Positions 38,916-50,628 of a DNA stretch of 64,000 bases are shown here, in pieces. A model generated the notes under the pieces. The model saw only the letters and a program-made list of their open reading frames with translations, did not search any database and was not told where the DNA came from. Position numbers and translations under genes: made by a program. Each line of letters starts with the position of its first letter. Positions within the stretch are counted from its first letter, which is position 1. The stretch comes from Phoronis australis (taxonomy: Eukaryota; Animalia; Phoronida): positions 188,381-252,380 of the forward strand of contig NMRA01000524.1 in NCBI GenBank assembly GCA_002633005.1. Direction: 5' to 3'.

Positions 38916-40696
38916 TCAGACGTGTTGGATGAGAGCGTACCTTCTTCGTGAGGCTGTACGTTATACGAGTACTGTAGGTATGTTGGCACCTGCCCTTCAT
39001 CCGTTTTTGAATAGTGCAATGTTGCCTTTGAATCCTAATAGCAGCAACAAACCCGCCTTCCATGACAAAAAACAGCTTTTGATTTAGACCACTCACCTGA
39101 CATGAAGTTGGTCTCAAATTGGGCCTATTTCTTAAGACCAAGCTCAAGGTTTCATGTGGCAGTTTGACCTGAAGCTGTATGTGCTTGGTCTGAAGGAATA
39201 GCCATTTCTTCCTAAGGCATGGGATCAAATCTGACTCTGGAATAAAATGTGACAAGTTTTACAACTTTAGGTAGCCTAAATCTGAAGTGGGTTTTTGGGA
39301 TGGAGAGTATGGGGTTTTATCACACTTACAAGTCGCCGAATCCTTTTTTTTCTTTCCATTTTTGATTGGTCTGGAATTCAAACTAGACAAGATTTTGCAA
39401 GTTATCACTCTCCAAGTTTTGAGGTTTTTTTCCACAAACACAATATGGCATTGGAAATTGACTGACATTGTCAGTTATTGATTTTTTCACAATTGTAAGA
39501 AAATGCAAGGATAGTGAATGGGGACTTGTACCCAAATCAGAGGTTGTCATGTTTCTCGATGTATGTTGTAAAAGAATTCACTTGATTTGAACTGTGGTAA
39601 AGTAACTTGATTAAGTTTTTGAAAATTGCTTTTATGTTCAGGCAAAGAAAATTCCTGTGAAACGTGGGCGCAAGGTCAAATATTTTTACTCAAAATCGAA
39701 TGCAAAATTATTTTTGGCATTTTCTGTTTTACTTTTGTGCAAATTCAAGATAGGTGTCTTATTCTGTTCTCCAGTACATTATGGTTTATGTGTGTAAGTT
39801 TCTATTCCAAATTCACACTTGATAACCCCCTAGATTCGAGCAACAAAGCAGTAAAAACTTAATGCTTGGGTCATCAAGTGCAAAATAGGATTAGACCATT
39901 ATCCACCTAAGCCATTACTTGACCATAGAATAATAGACACATATCTTGAGGTCGCACAAAAGCAGAATAGAAATTTAAAATGCTGAAAACAATTTTGGTT
40001 TCGAATAAAAGGTTAGTCCTCAGTCAATGGAATACAAGAACATTGCCTGTTAATTAAGAATGGCCTTGTATTCCAATATAAGATCATGGCCTTATGTTTG
40101 GGGTCATTTGCATTCTAGCATGAACAAAACTTTAATCCAATTCTCCAAAACGCAATATTATGCCTATAAAGCCTTATGTACAATGTTTTTCAGTTCTAGT
40201 TCATAGATACTATTAGTAGTCTTAAAACGTCAGTACTTGTTGTTTTGTCATGTTGTATCTTAAGGTTTAAATTTCACATCATCACTGCCTTTCTCACGTT
40301 GGGACTAAAACAGTTTAATCAGGACTTGGAATTTTCCTGTTTTAAGAGGATTTCCTCTTTTTTGATTTCGATATCCTCTTACTTGATTTTCATTTTCCTC
40401 TTTTTCGTCTCTTTTTATCATTATTTTTACTTCATTCATGCAAAACGTTCGTTTCAGTTTAATTTTACAACACAATAATATTGAGCTATCACACAAGCCC
40501 TGTTGAGTCTCACTGCCAAGCCATTGAGAGATATATATCTCAGTTGTCTTAAAAATCCAAGAGCATGAGTTAAAAAAATGTACTGTGGAACTTACTCCAG
40601 AATACTGCATCTTAGTTTTACAAGTTTTACTGCTCTTACATGAATTTTGACTGGTTTGACCGTTGCTAACTCCTGGTTTTGATTTAATGTTTTCAG

Positions 40697-40745
40697 GTAC
40701 AATGCCAAGAGGCGTCACTGGAGACGTACCAAGCTGAAGCTGTAG
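40697..40745 (+). CDS. RPL39: 60S ribosomal protein L39, exon 3 (YNAKRRHWRRTKLKL*)
   Basis: ttttcag|G TAC AAT...TAG completes a 51-aa protein. Confidence 0.97.
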
Positions 40746-40910
40746 TGTCTTGTACATAGAATGCAGGAAAAGGCCGGAAGACTTCTTGGACACATGGTGT
40801 GCCTCATAGGACTGTTATGAACAATCTGTAAATTCTGACAAAACGTAACGAACTCCTATGTTATCGATTTTGTTTGGTGGCTGCAGCGCTGGGTACTCTG
40901 GAAAACTTAA

Positions 40911-40916
40911 AATAAA
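40911..40916 (+). terminator. Polyadenylation signal of RPL39
   Basis: AATAAA 165 nt after the stop codon, followed by GT/T-rich sequence. Confidence 0.7.
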
Positions 40917-43900
40917 GTTCATGTGGTCTTTTGGAAATGTATTTTGTCTTTTCTTAAATTATCCCTCTGGGGTATTGAGGTAGAGGGTTGCTGTTGCATG
41001 CTCAGGTTGTAGACCAACACAATATCCGAGAAAATGCTGGGTACAGTAAGACAGGACAAGAAGCCCCATGTGGCAAAACCTGTGCTGTGTTCCTGTCGTA
41101 CTTCAAGTACTGGACCAATGCATGACACCTGGCTGAACTCTTTGGCCAAGGAGACTAATAAGTGGATACTTATCTCTGTGGTGACTGATGAATAATTTGG
41201 GACTGAAGGAAAGAGGATGACTTGTGCAGATTGAGGAATTGTGCAGACTAATTGAAGCCACCCTACGCCTGGTGTAGCTGGCTAATGAAAATTAGCCCTA
41301 TACTCTCAAAAATAGGTAAAACAAGTACATAAAAACAGTCTGCGAATGGAAAAAAATTTAGTTAATTGGGCTTGGCCAATGTCAAAATCGTGAAATTTCA
41401 AAAATAGTGCAAGTACCCATTGCTTGTGACCTGTGTTGCCGACTAGGCAACGGGTGTTTTAAACAGGAGTGTTTGGGTTAAGAATTCAGCTTTGGCAGTT
41501 AAAGGGAGATAAATGCAATGTGGTCTGTATTCTAATTCGCTTGTTTAGTGTGGCGTCATTTTGTCAGACGTTTTTCACCCAGTCGAAATGCAAAAGAGAA
41601 ATGATATTCGGCCAGGTTTATTTATGCTGTATATTACCAAGAACTTGCAAAGTTATTACCTGGCTATAGCCCTGGTAAATCTTACTCCTCAACAATGGGC
41701 GCAACCGTTGTCGGAGTGCACCGATAAAACGAAGGTCATTTTTGTAAAGAAAATCCAGTGCGAAATTGCCGTTGTAGTGAACCAGGATCGGAAACAATGC
41801 AGGCCCTGCAAGTTTTGGAAATGTGACGTGACTGCATTTCTGTCCATATTTTGCGAGTTCCAATAGCGTCACAATTATGGCAGATACGTCATCACTAAAG
41901 ATCTGAATGAGAGTAAGCCTCGGGCAGGCAAGTGAAATCACTTCTGTGAACATTTTTGGGATTTTGGGAGTCATTTTGTTTTGGTCGTATTACAAACCAC
42001 TGCATTTTATATGAGTGAAGATTCTGCCCATACATTTCTGTGAACTTTGCGGCTACTTAAATTTGGCTAATTCTGCAACAAAATTGACTAGAACATATAT
42101 AAAAGCTGTAAAATCAGATGTTCTCGAAGTGACACTGCAAAATAATATTTCCACAAGTTGCATTTCGTCAAAAACAGCTAATTTTTACTTCCTAGAATGG
42201 AAATGTTTGGCATTTCTAAATTGATAAGCACCGCTATTTCAAACACTGAAGTTGTGACCAGAATTTTGCCAAATGCCATTGCCTTCAGTTGACTTGATAA
42301 CGTAGCCACAAATGTTTGATAGGTACATTATTGTAAAGCATTGTTTTTCAAAAGTAAATCGTTAAACTTTATGGTGACAAAGATTCACGATTTCTCTACT
42401 TCCATTGGATCTACACAACATTTATGTCAATTGGTAAACTGAGTATTTTTAATTTAACAAAATTAAAGTGAACCCTAAAGTTTGAAATGTTATGCCGTTT
42501 TTCATGTATTGTCAAATTAAATTTTTGGGTTTTGATCCAAGAACATTCTCTAGAACATGAGCTATCGGTGATTATACTTTGCTTTAGGAAAATGCACTTG
42601 ATTGCAACGCCAACACAAAGTGAAAGGGAGGAGGCCGTCCCTGAACCTCTGACCCTATATTCCCCTATCCTGTTGCTTACCAGACGATGGTACCCACCTT
42701 TATGCGATTTTGACGGCCGTCGAAGGCGTAGGCATGGAGCAGTCGACACAAAATTCAGGGAGAGATTCTGGAAATTTGACAACTATCAATGCTGGCTTGA
42801 TCCTTTGATGCTCTGGACAGGACATTTTTGTTAGGGGACCCCATTTTTGTTGTGTAGTTGTTAAGTAGATCGTTTAATCGTGCTTAAAAACGTGCGCTTA
42901 AATCATACATCAAGTTATTTTTCAAAATCCGATACACAGAAATCTAGAACAAATTAATTAAATTTTTTCTCGAGTCGTGCACTTGACCTTCTCTGAAACG
43001 GGGCAATGCGTGCGTCGCTCTTTTCCGGTATATCACATGAACTGAAATTGGGAACTATTTCACTTCCACCGAAAAAGGAAGTGAGGCTCCTAAAAGGGCT
43101 GACAAAAAACAAAATTGGCAGTTTCCACAGCCCAAAACCACTACTTTCCTGCCAATATTCGACATGAACTTACACAAGTTTCAGAAACAAATTTCCTGCA
43201 GATGCTGCAAATGTGATATAAAATGTGTTATCCAATGAGATTTTCTCAATTTTGGGTGGTTTGAGGGTGATATATGAAAAAGTCTCAGCAGTTCTGAAAA
43301 GTGTAGTCTCCAGCTCAGTAATCGAGGGCCGACATGTTTACAAAAACAAGCAAACCAGTTTCATCGCTGAACGTGTTCGTACTGCCTACCTCAAAACTGC
43401 CACCAAACATATGGCCCACCCAAAATATGTATTTTTTGAGCAGTGCAAATTTGTCGTGTGCAAATTGGTCGTGTAAACTGACCGCGGCTACAGTTTAAGA
43501 GTGCTAATTAGTCGCAGTCACAGCGGTCAAGCAGGCCAAGTGGCTGACCCTACAACCATGCAGACTGCACAGTGCCATCAAAAGCAATGGAAGTCGCGGG
43601 TGGATATGACGCGAAAATCAGTGTCCATGCCGGCCGTACTGTACGCTATAATGCAAGTTAGATAATCCCATCCGCCTTGTCCAAGTTACGCGTTAAAACG
43701 CGAGTTCGAAACGAAATGAGATGAACGGGCGCAAATTGCTTAGCNCTTGTGACAAAACTAACACCGCGCATGTGACAGGTCGCCGTCCTTGTCAACTCTG
43801 TTTCGTGTCAACTTTTGTGCCGACGCATACATGTAGCTATAGAATACGACATGAGAAAAGAGGCAGGGACACCATCGGAGTATTCAGGGGGTCATGGGTG

Positions 43901-45771
43901 TCCGGACACCCCTTTTCCCTTGATTTTAGTGATATCAAATCTAGATTTTTCAATTTGTTGACTTGGACCCCTTTTTAAAAATCCTAGATTCGATCCACCC
44001 TTGTACGAAAATCATGGATCAGCCCTTGGACAAAACATTTTACGAGTTAGGTACAATATAGTAACCCGTAAGCATGTCTTTTCCTTTTCTACAACAGTAA
44101 CTGCAGATACTCTGTCAAAAGACTGCTTTCATCTTGCAATTAGCCTTATAGTCATTGGCCTTTAGCTGAAGGAGCTTTGAAAAGGTTTAGCGAATACTTT
44201 CACCTGGCAATTTTATTGTAACGTTGACCACCTAATTCATAGGTGGACTATTCAAGTGTAAGAATTAACAACCAATTAAGTGATGACAAACATGATGAAC
44301 TTCGAAGTTCGTGTATACAGGGCGTCATTATTGATCAAAATGTTACCCTCAAGCACTGACGCATTGTCATGGCCACATTAAACAAGTTAAACGAGTACGT
44401 TTCAACTGAAGGAGTATGAGCAGAGCGGAGGTACTTCGCGACAGAGTAGGGATTGCGAGGTAAATCATGAGTAGGACAAAGTATGACAAAGGCAGACCTC
44501 AAGTTTGGATTAGTTTTAGTCGCCTTCCACCTGCGACACTCACTTCAGGACAAGTCTCAGTGCACAGAAAGGTGCCAGTGCAACACAGATATTCAATTTC
44601 GTCAAACTATAGTCTGGCCCACTAAGTCCACAAACAGTTTCATGCCCTGGCCTCCCACAGCCCTTCTCCACATTTAGCATCAATACAATCGCGTTTGAAG
44701 CAATATGGAAAGCTTAATTCGTGAAAATATAAGAATTATGGAGCATAAAATTGTGTTATTCCATGCTAACTGATACATACACTCTATCACAGTGCTAAAC
44801 GTACGTGCAGTATAGGTGGCGCTGTGTCAGAGGGTAACTGATACATGCAACATGCTAGACAGTGAATATTGGTCAACATATACCAGCTAAATGGAGTTTT
44901 GATTTGTACCCTCCAAATTGTTCGTTTATCGTCCAAAGCTGCTGATTTTTGTAAAGGTAATGAAGTATTGTCGCCTTTAGTTTATTCAAGTTATGTGGTG
45001 CTTTTCGTGATGAAATGTGTGTTTGTTATATTTTGTTTATTAGGGTTAATTTGGTAACGGATTATTGTGTTTGTGGCTTGATAAAGCTTGATGCAGTTCC
45101 TTAAATAGCGTTGGCCTCAAATCTATCGTACCCGCTGCAGCAGTCATATCAAACAACCAACTTTAATTTATTACATTTTTTTATGAATTACCAGTTATTT
45201 TTGCCGATATGCTTGGAATTGTTGCGGTAGAAATAAGAAATGTCGAACGTGTGGAGTAACTGCTCCTTCGTGTTGTACACATTCACCGAGCTTTTCAGAT
45301 TTTATTCTTAAATGTTGCATCAGACCAAAAACAGTGACTTATGTCCCGCATGTAGGCCAATGCGCCTAATTGCGGGGCTATTATATACGGTAATTGTTTT
45401 TGTACAAAATACATTCTACATCTACCTAGCTCATGATTTTACGATCAATTCTGTCGCCTTATCCCGGCATCTCAAACAGGGCAAATTATTGCGTTTTGGA
45501 TTGGCAAACAGGACAGGGATCATGAGTAAGCTTTCCAAGAATGCTTCAATCTTTTTGACCAGTTTTCAAACTCGTCTCAAATTTCACAATTTTATATGTA
45601 CTATAATGAAAAATCTCTGTCCATGACACCAAAAAAACGAAAGTTAATCAAGTGGGTTGGCACAAAAAGTTGCTGCACGGAGAACAGTCTTTCACTTGGG
45701 CTACAATGACTTACACGGATTGAGAAAGACCAGTTTCATTGGTGCTCGTTACCTAACCAGTACAGGAACTG

Positions 45772-46119
45772 GGCCCGGTCTCCAATCTTTTTACTCGAAA
45801 TGGAACTCGAAATTAGGTTTAGCATTTTCAACTCTACATTTGGGCGAACTCAAGATAAGTGTCTATTATTCTATGCTCGAGTACATAATAACCTACGTAG
45901 ATAATTTATTGCCCTAAGTTCACAGCTTTTTACTCGAGTTTGTAGCACGAATATAAGTGTCTTCAAGGACAAACTTGAACTAGAAACTCCTATGCATAAA
46001 CTATAATGTATTCGAGCACAGTCTGATAACCAATTATCTTAAGTTCGCACAAAAGGAGCAGAGAAATTGCCAAAAATAGTTTCGAGTTCGTTTCGAGTAC
46101 AAAGATTAGAGACCGGGCC
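45772..46119. mobile_element. PIF/Harbinger-like MITE
   Basis: CTG|GGCCCGGTCTC...GAGACCGGGCC|CTG, a 3-bp CWG TSD, with ~115-bp imperfect inverted arms. Related sequence lies at ~53720-53905. Confidence 0.8.
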
Positions 46120-46349
46120 CTGGTTGTCGAAATGCAGACTCTGTGAGTGACTATGACCCGGATTTTTCCATCAATTGCCATATCCCGTCTCAATATAAAA
46201 CACACTAGCACGTGAACATTTTCCACAAGGTTTGAGATCAAGACGGAAGTGACGCACCATTGACTTTTCTGTGACGCTCATTGGATTATGAAGTGGCATT
46301 GACGGGCATTTGCGCACAATAAATAATATACAATTCCACTCGTGTTTTT

Positions 46350-47453
46350 ATGAAGAAAGTTTGTATAAATCCGCGTCTCCTAATCGAATTTGCGGTTCAG
46401 ATTGCCTACTGCTCATCCTACTGGACGGCATGGAAAGACTCATTTCCTCTCTGTGACGCCAACTGTCATATTTGTCAGAAGAGGGAGTGCCTGATCGACA
46501 AATGCGTAAGCAGTACAACACGATACGCTTGGTGCCATAAATCCCAGGCATGCCGTAAGCAAGGTTTGTTTGAGAATCTTGCCGCAAATAAAATAGCATC
46601 ATCCAGCTCCGACGTTTTCGGAGGTGAGGCGGTGCGAGCAATAGAGGGTAGGTGGAACAGAAAGTCGTGTTTTGTCTCCGATAGAAACGCGGAAAGATCT
46701 AAAGGTGAGAAACCATGGTGGAAAGTGCATTTTGGAAACGTGTACGCAATAAACTATGTGATGATACTCAACAACGAGAGAGGGGAAGAATTATTGAGTG
46801 ACATCACTGTAACAGTTTTAATGGGTGAATCGGAGGTCGGACTATGCTTCCACTACAGCAACCTTCCTTACATCTCGTCAAAAGCTCCCAGTTTCTTTCA
46901 ATGCATAAGCAAACTGAAGGGTGACGGTGTGATGGTAACACTAAACAAAGGCTACGAGCTATCTCTGTGCGAGGTGGGGGTGTACAGCGACCACCAAGGG
47001 TGTTATTCAGACGGTGATAAAGGCTTGAGCTATGCAGGTCCTGTATCCAAAACAATCGATAACGACGTGTGCCAACCCTGGAGCAATATTGAAGGGCGGT
47101 CGTTCAATTTCAGAGAGAATCACGCAATGTGCCGAAACTACAAGGAGTCTTCGTTTTCAACCCCACACTGTTTCAACGGTGAACAACTGAGGCCGTGCCC
47201 AGTGGGAATTTGTTACAATCTTGAACCCGGTGACGGAACAAAATTTGGTAACCCGTGTCATCCCGGATTCACTGGTTTGCTCGGAGGTTATATGCTCTAC
47301 GTTGTGATACTAGCCTCTTTATTATTTCTGCTGGGTCTGATAGCCTTAATTAGGTACCGTTGCAAAAAGCGCAAGACTATTCCTGCAGGTCTTACTGATG
47401 GTGGCCCTGACCAGCGCGCAATGGAACGTTTTGACGATCCATGGCCAACTTGA
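46350..47453 (+). CDS. Intronless type-I membrane protein: TSP1-like repeat, F-type lectin (FTP/F5-8C) domain, kringle, TM helix, short tail
   Basis: 367-aa ORF. Lectin fold: NLAANKIASSSS...AVRAIEG...PWWKVHFG...LSLCEVGVY. Kringle: CY...GLSYAGPVSKT...CQPW...CRNY...PHCF. TM segment YMLYVVILASLLFLLGLIALI is followed by basic RYRCKKRK. Confidence 0.88.
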   Translation: MKKVCINPRLLIEFAVQIAYCSSYWTAWKDSFPLCDANCHICQKRECLIDKCVSSTTRYAWCHKSQACRKQGLFENLAANKIASSSSDVFGGEAVRAIEGRWNRKSCFVSDRNAERSKGEKPWWKVHFGNVYAINYVMILNNERGEELLSDITVTVLMGESEVGLCFHYSNLPYISSKAPSFFQCISKLKGDGVMVTLNKGYELSLCEVGVYSDHQGCYSDGDKGLSYAGPVSKTIDNDVCQPWSNIEGRSFNFRENHAMCRNYKESSFSTPHCFNGEQLRPCPVGICYNLEPGDGTKFGNPCHPGFTGLLGGYMLYVVILASLLFLLGLIALIRYRCKKRKTIPAGLTDGGPDQRAMERFDDPWPT

Positions 47454-48663
47454 TATACATGTATAAAAGACAAGTGCTGATCAATTTGGGACATTTCTTA
47501 TGAGTAATTTGCCGCATTAAAGCAAAGGTACGGTTTCTCCGTCAATGGGCAATTTAAAAAAATGGTTGAATTTTGTATTTCAAATATTTGCTATCGTCAA
47601 CTGAATCTTTTGAGGGATTGAAGTGGCAGATGGTGTGCTTGACAAAATGGTCCTTGGGTCTGTTTCCATTAACGTGACCTAATGTGCTTTTAAAAAATCA
47701 CCAATTTCTTATCAAAAACTCCAAAAAACCCACCAGTCGACCAGCAGTCAAATTAATTCATACGCAAACATTATCTGACGATATGTTAATCAGCTGACCT
47801 CGAATTATGAGCATTTATTGGTTGATGTGAAAATCAGGACAACTAATCACAGCACTTGTCAACCTCCCGGATGTTGCTGTTCGTTTTCCCGCGGTTTACG
47901 GTACAGTAAGGAACTAGGCGACGAAGAACGTGCCCCCCACCAAAAATGGCAGACGACAGTGGCGTACCCGGTGAGTTTAAGTGTCATTTTCTTCTTAACT
48001 AGCGGCTTCTTAGGTACAAATGCGACGCACAGAAGAGCGCTTAGCCTTTGTTGTGAATCTAAAATAATACTTAATTGACTTTTGCTTATTTTATATAACA
48101 AAGGGCACAGAAAGTAATCTGGCTTTCGCTAAAATGCCTTGTAAAATCGACAATTTCTACTCGTTGTTAGCCATTTTCAGGGTTCTAAAATAATGACGTC
48201 TGACGTTTATAGTGACACCTGTGTTAATTGTTTTGTAAAACAATTCGAGAAATTTACCAATACAAGCAGGTCCTTGTGTGAGACGGCGATCGGGAACAAA
48301 GTCATTAATTCTCTATGGCGATAGTGAACGCAAAAAGCGATCGTGAACGCACATTTTCTCTGCATTGGCCTGAATAATCGTTCAAGGTATGGTGTTATGT
48401 TAATCATTTTAGAATAATACGGACCCTGAATTAGTTGATGGATTGTTCATTATGTTTCACAGTTTTTCATCAGTGATATTTTGTCTAACAAATATAACTA
48501 AACGTGAATGATTTTTTTTCAGTCGAACTGCTGCCACAAGACTAATCTTTTGGGGAGTGGGAGTTAACGTCTACACCAGCAAAAAGAGTATAGTACTCAA
48601 CTGGTGCATGTGACAAAGGACTGTGCGTATGTTGTGGAGCTTTGCAGTGACCACATGGCAATA

Positions 48664-50350
48664 CAAGAGCAACGCAGAGCGTTGAAATGCGCCCACAATT
48701 GCACCGCATACGGTAACCCTCTAGGGTTGTTTATTGGTACCATAAAGTGGCCAGTAGAGGGCATATATGTAGTATGTTGTACTTAGCAAAATGGAAAGGC
48801 ATGGTCATTGTCTCCTCAATAGGCTAGGGGCAAAATGTGAGTAATCTTCATAATACAAGCACAGCCAGATTACTGCATACTGACTGGTAGTGATACGTCA
48901 AATTCATCCCAAAATGCAAAGAAGCGATCACCAACGTAACAGAATGTTGTAAACCACAATAAAAACTATCAAAGAACTCTGAAGATACAGATAAAAACAT
49001 AAAAAATAAAATTGCCCACAAAGATCCTAAGAAGGTTAAGAAGACATAACCGTAAACAGAATAAAAGCCACTAGGGGACGCCAAAGTAGTGGAACTCGTC
49101 TGACTATCAACGTCAGTCGTGCCCATCTCATAACAGATCTGCCAATTTTCACAACGATCCTCCACGTGCTTGGCGGATAGAGAGTTAGACGTCAAAATGG
49201 GCTCAAAAATGTTACAATTCCGCGCATAATACGTAAAATCTGTCCCAAAATAAAACAAGAGCAACGCAGAGCGTTGAAATGCGCCCACAATTGCACCGTA
49301 TACGGTATCCTTCTAGGGTTGTTTATTGGTACCATAAAGTGGCCAGTAGAGGGCATATATGTAGCATGTTGTACTTTGCAAAATGGAAAGGCATGGTCAT
49401 TGTCTCCTCAATAGGCTAGGTTTCAAAATGTGAGTGATCTTCATAATACAAGCACATCCTATGCATCAGTTGCTTAAAGCACCACAGAAACATAGAATTA
49501 AAAACAAATTTACCAACATACGAGATTAGCACAGCATTAGAATGCCAGAAACAAATTTCTACTTGGAACTTTTCCTTCATAGTCACGANNNNNNNNNNNN
49601 NNNNNNNNNNNNNNNNNNNNNNNNNNNNNNNNNNNNNNNNNNNNNNNNNNNNNNNNNNNNNNNNNNNNNNNNNNNNNNNNNNNNNNNNNNNNNNNNNNNN
49701 NNNNNNNNNNNNNNNNNNNNNNNNNNNNNNNNNNNNNNNNNNNNNNNNNNNNNNNNNNNNNNNNNNNNNNNNNNNNNNNNNNNNNNNNNNNNNNNNNNNN
49801 NNNNNNNNNNNNNNNNNNNNNNNNNNNNNNNNNNNNNNNNNNNNNNNNNNNNNNNNNNNNNNNNNNNNNNNNNNNNNNNNNNNNNNNNNNNNNNNNNNNN
49901 NNNNNNNNNNNNNNNNNNNNNNNNNNNNNNNNNNNNNNNNNNNNNNNNNNNNNNNNNNNNNNNNNNNNNNNNNNNNNNNNNNNNNNNNNNNNNNNNNNNN
50001 NNNNNNNNNNNNNNNNNNNNNNNNNNNNNNNNNNNNNNNNNNNNNNNNNNNNNNNNNNNNNNNNNNNNNNNNNNNNNNNNNNNNNNNNNNNNNNNNNNNN
50101 NNNNNNNNNNNNNNNNNNNNNNNNNNNNNNNNNNNNNNNNNNNNNNNNNNNNNNNNNNNNNNNNNNNNNNNNNNNNNNNNNNNNNNNNNNNNNNNNNNNN
50201 NNNNNNNNNNNNNNNNNNNNNNNNNNNNNNNNNNNNNNNNNNNNNNNNNNNNNNNNNNNNNNNNNNNNNNNNNNNNNNCGGACGGACGGACGGACGGACG
50301 GACAGAGATGACAGCATAATGCGTCCACATATTAATATGTGGGCGAATAA
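48664..50350 (-). mobile_element. Helentron-associated (HINE/DINE-1-like) insertion, composite, spanning a gap
   Basis: The minus strand begins TTTTATTCGCCCACATATTAATATGTGG plus (GTCC)n. It ends GTGGGCGCAT, hairpin CAACGCtctGCGTTG, CTCTTG. The 3' end is duplicated (48663 and 49254), and an empty-site paralog lies at ~62530-62556. Confidence 0.8.
49589..50278. other. Assembly gap
   Basis: Run of N ending at a (GACG)n microsatellite. Confidence 1.
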
Positions 50351-50351
50351 A

Positions 50352-50628
50352 AATACAGTGACACCGCAGCAAGCAAGACCTTTACCAGTCACGTGATTGA
50401 CGTGTTGCATGCGGCAAGATGTTTTTGGCCGATATAAGAAAACACAACATGAAGCATGTGCTCAGGATCGAAGTCGATTTAGTGTACTATCTGCGATCAA
50501 TGTTTCACGGAAAGAGTGAGCCTGAAGCGACACAGCACGGGCACACTACTTTTTGTTGCGAATGCGGCAAATCATACAAACACTATGCCTCCTTCTACAG
50601 GCATAAGAAGCAGAAACGTCATGAATGA
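50352..50628 (+). pseudogene. Frameshifted C2H2 zinc-finger array, copy 1
   Basis: VACGKMF..., (C)TICDQCFTERVSLKRH and CECGKSYKHYASFYRHKKQKRH lie in shifting frames. Confidence 0.65.

Noticed and set aside
41185-41206. TGATGA...CTGA pair
   Set aside because: The boxes are far too close together for a C/D snoRNA and lie outside an intron.
48848-49288. Hydrophobic 146-aa ORF, with a near copy at 59703-60137
   Set aside because: It lies within the HINE repeat. The apparent TM character comes from T-rich sequence.
49416-50410. Long ORFs of 263-318 aa
   Set aside because: Artefacts of the N gap and the (GACG)n microsatellite.
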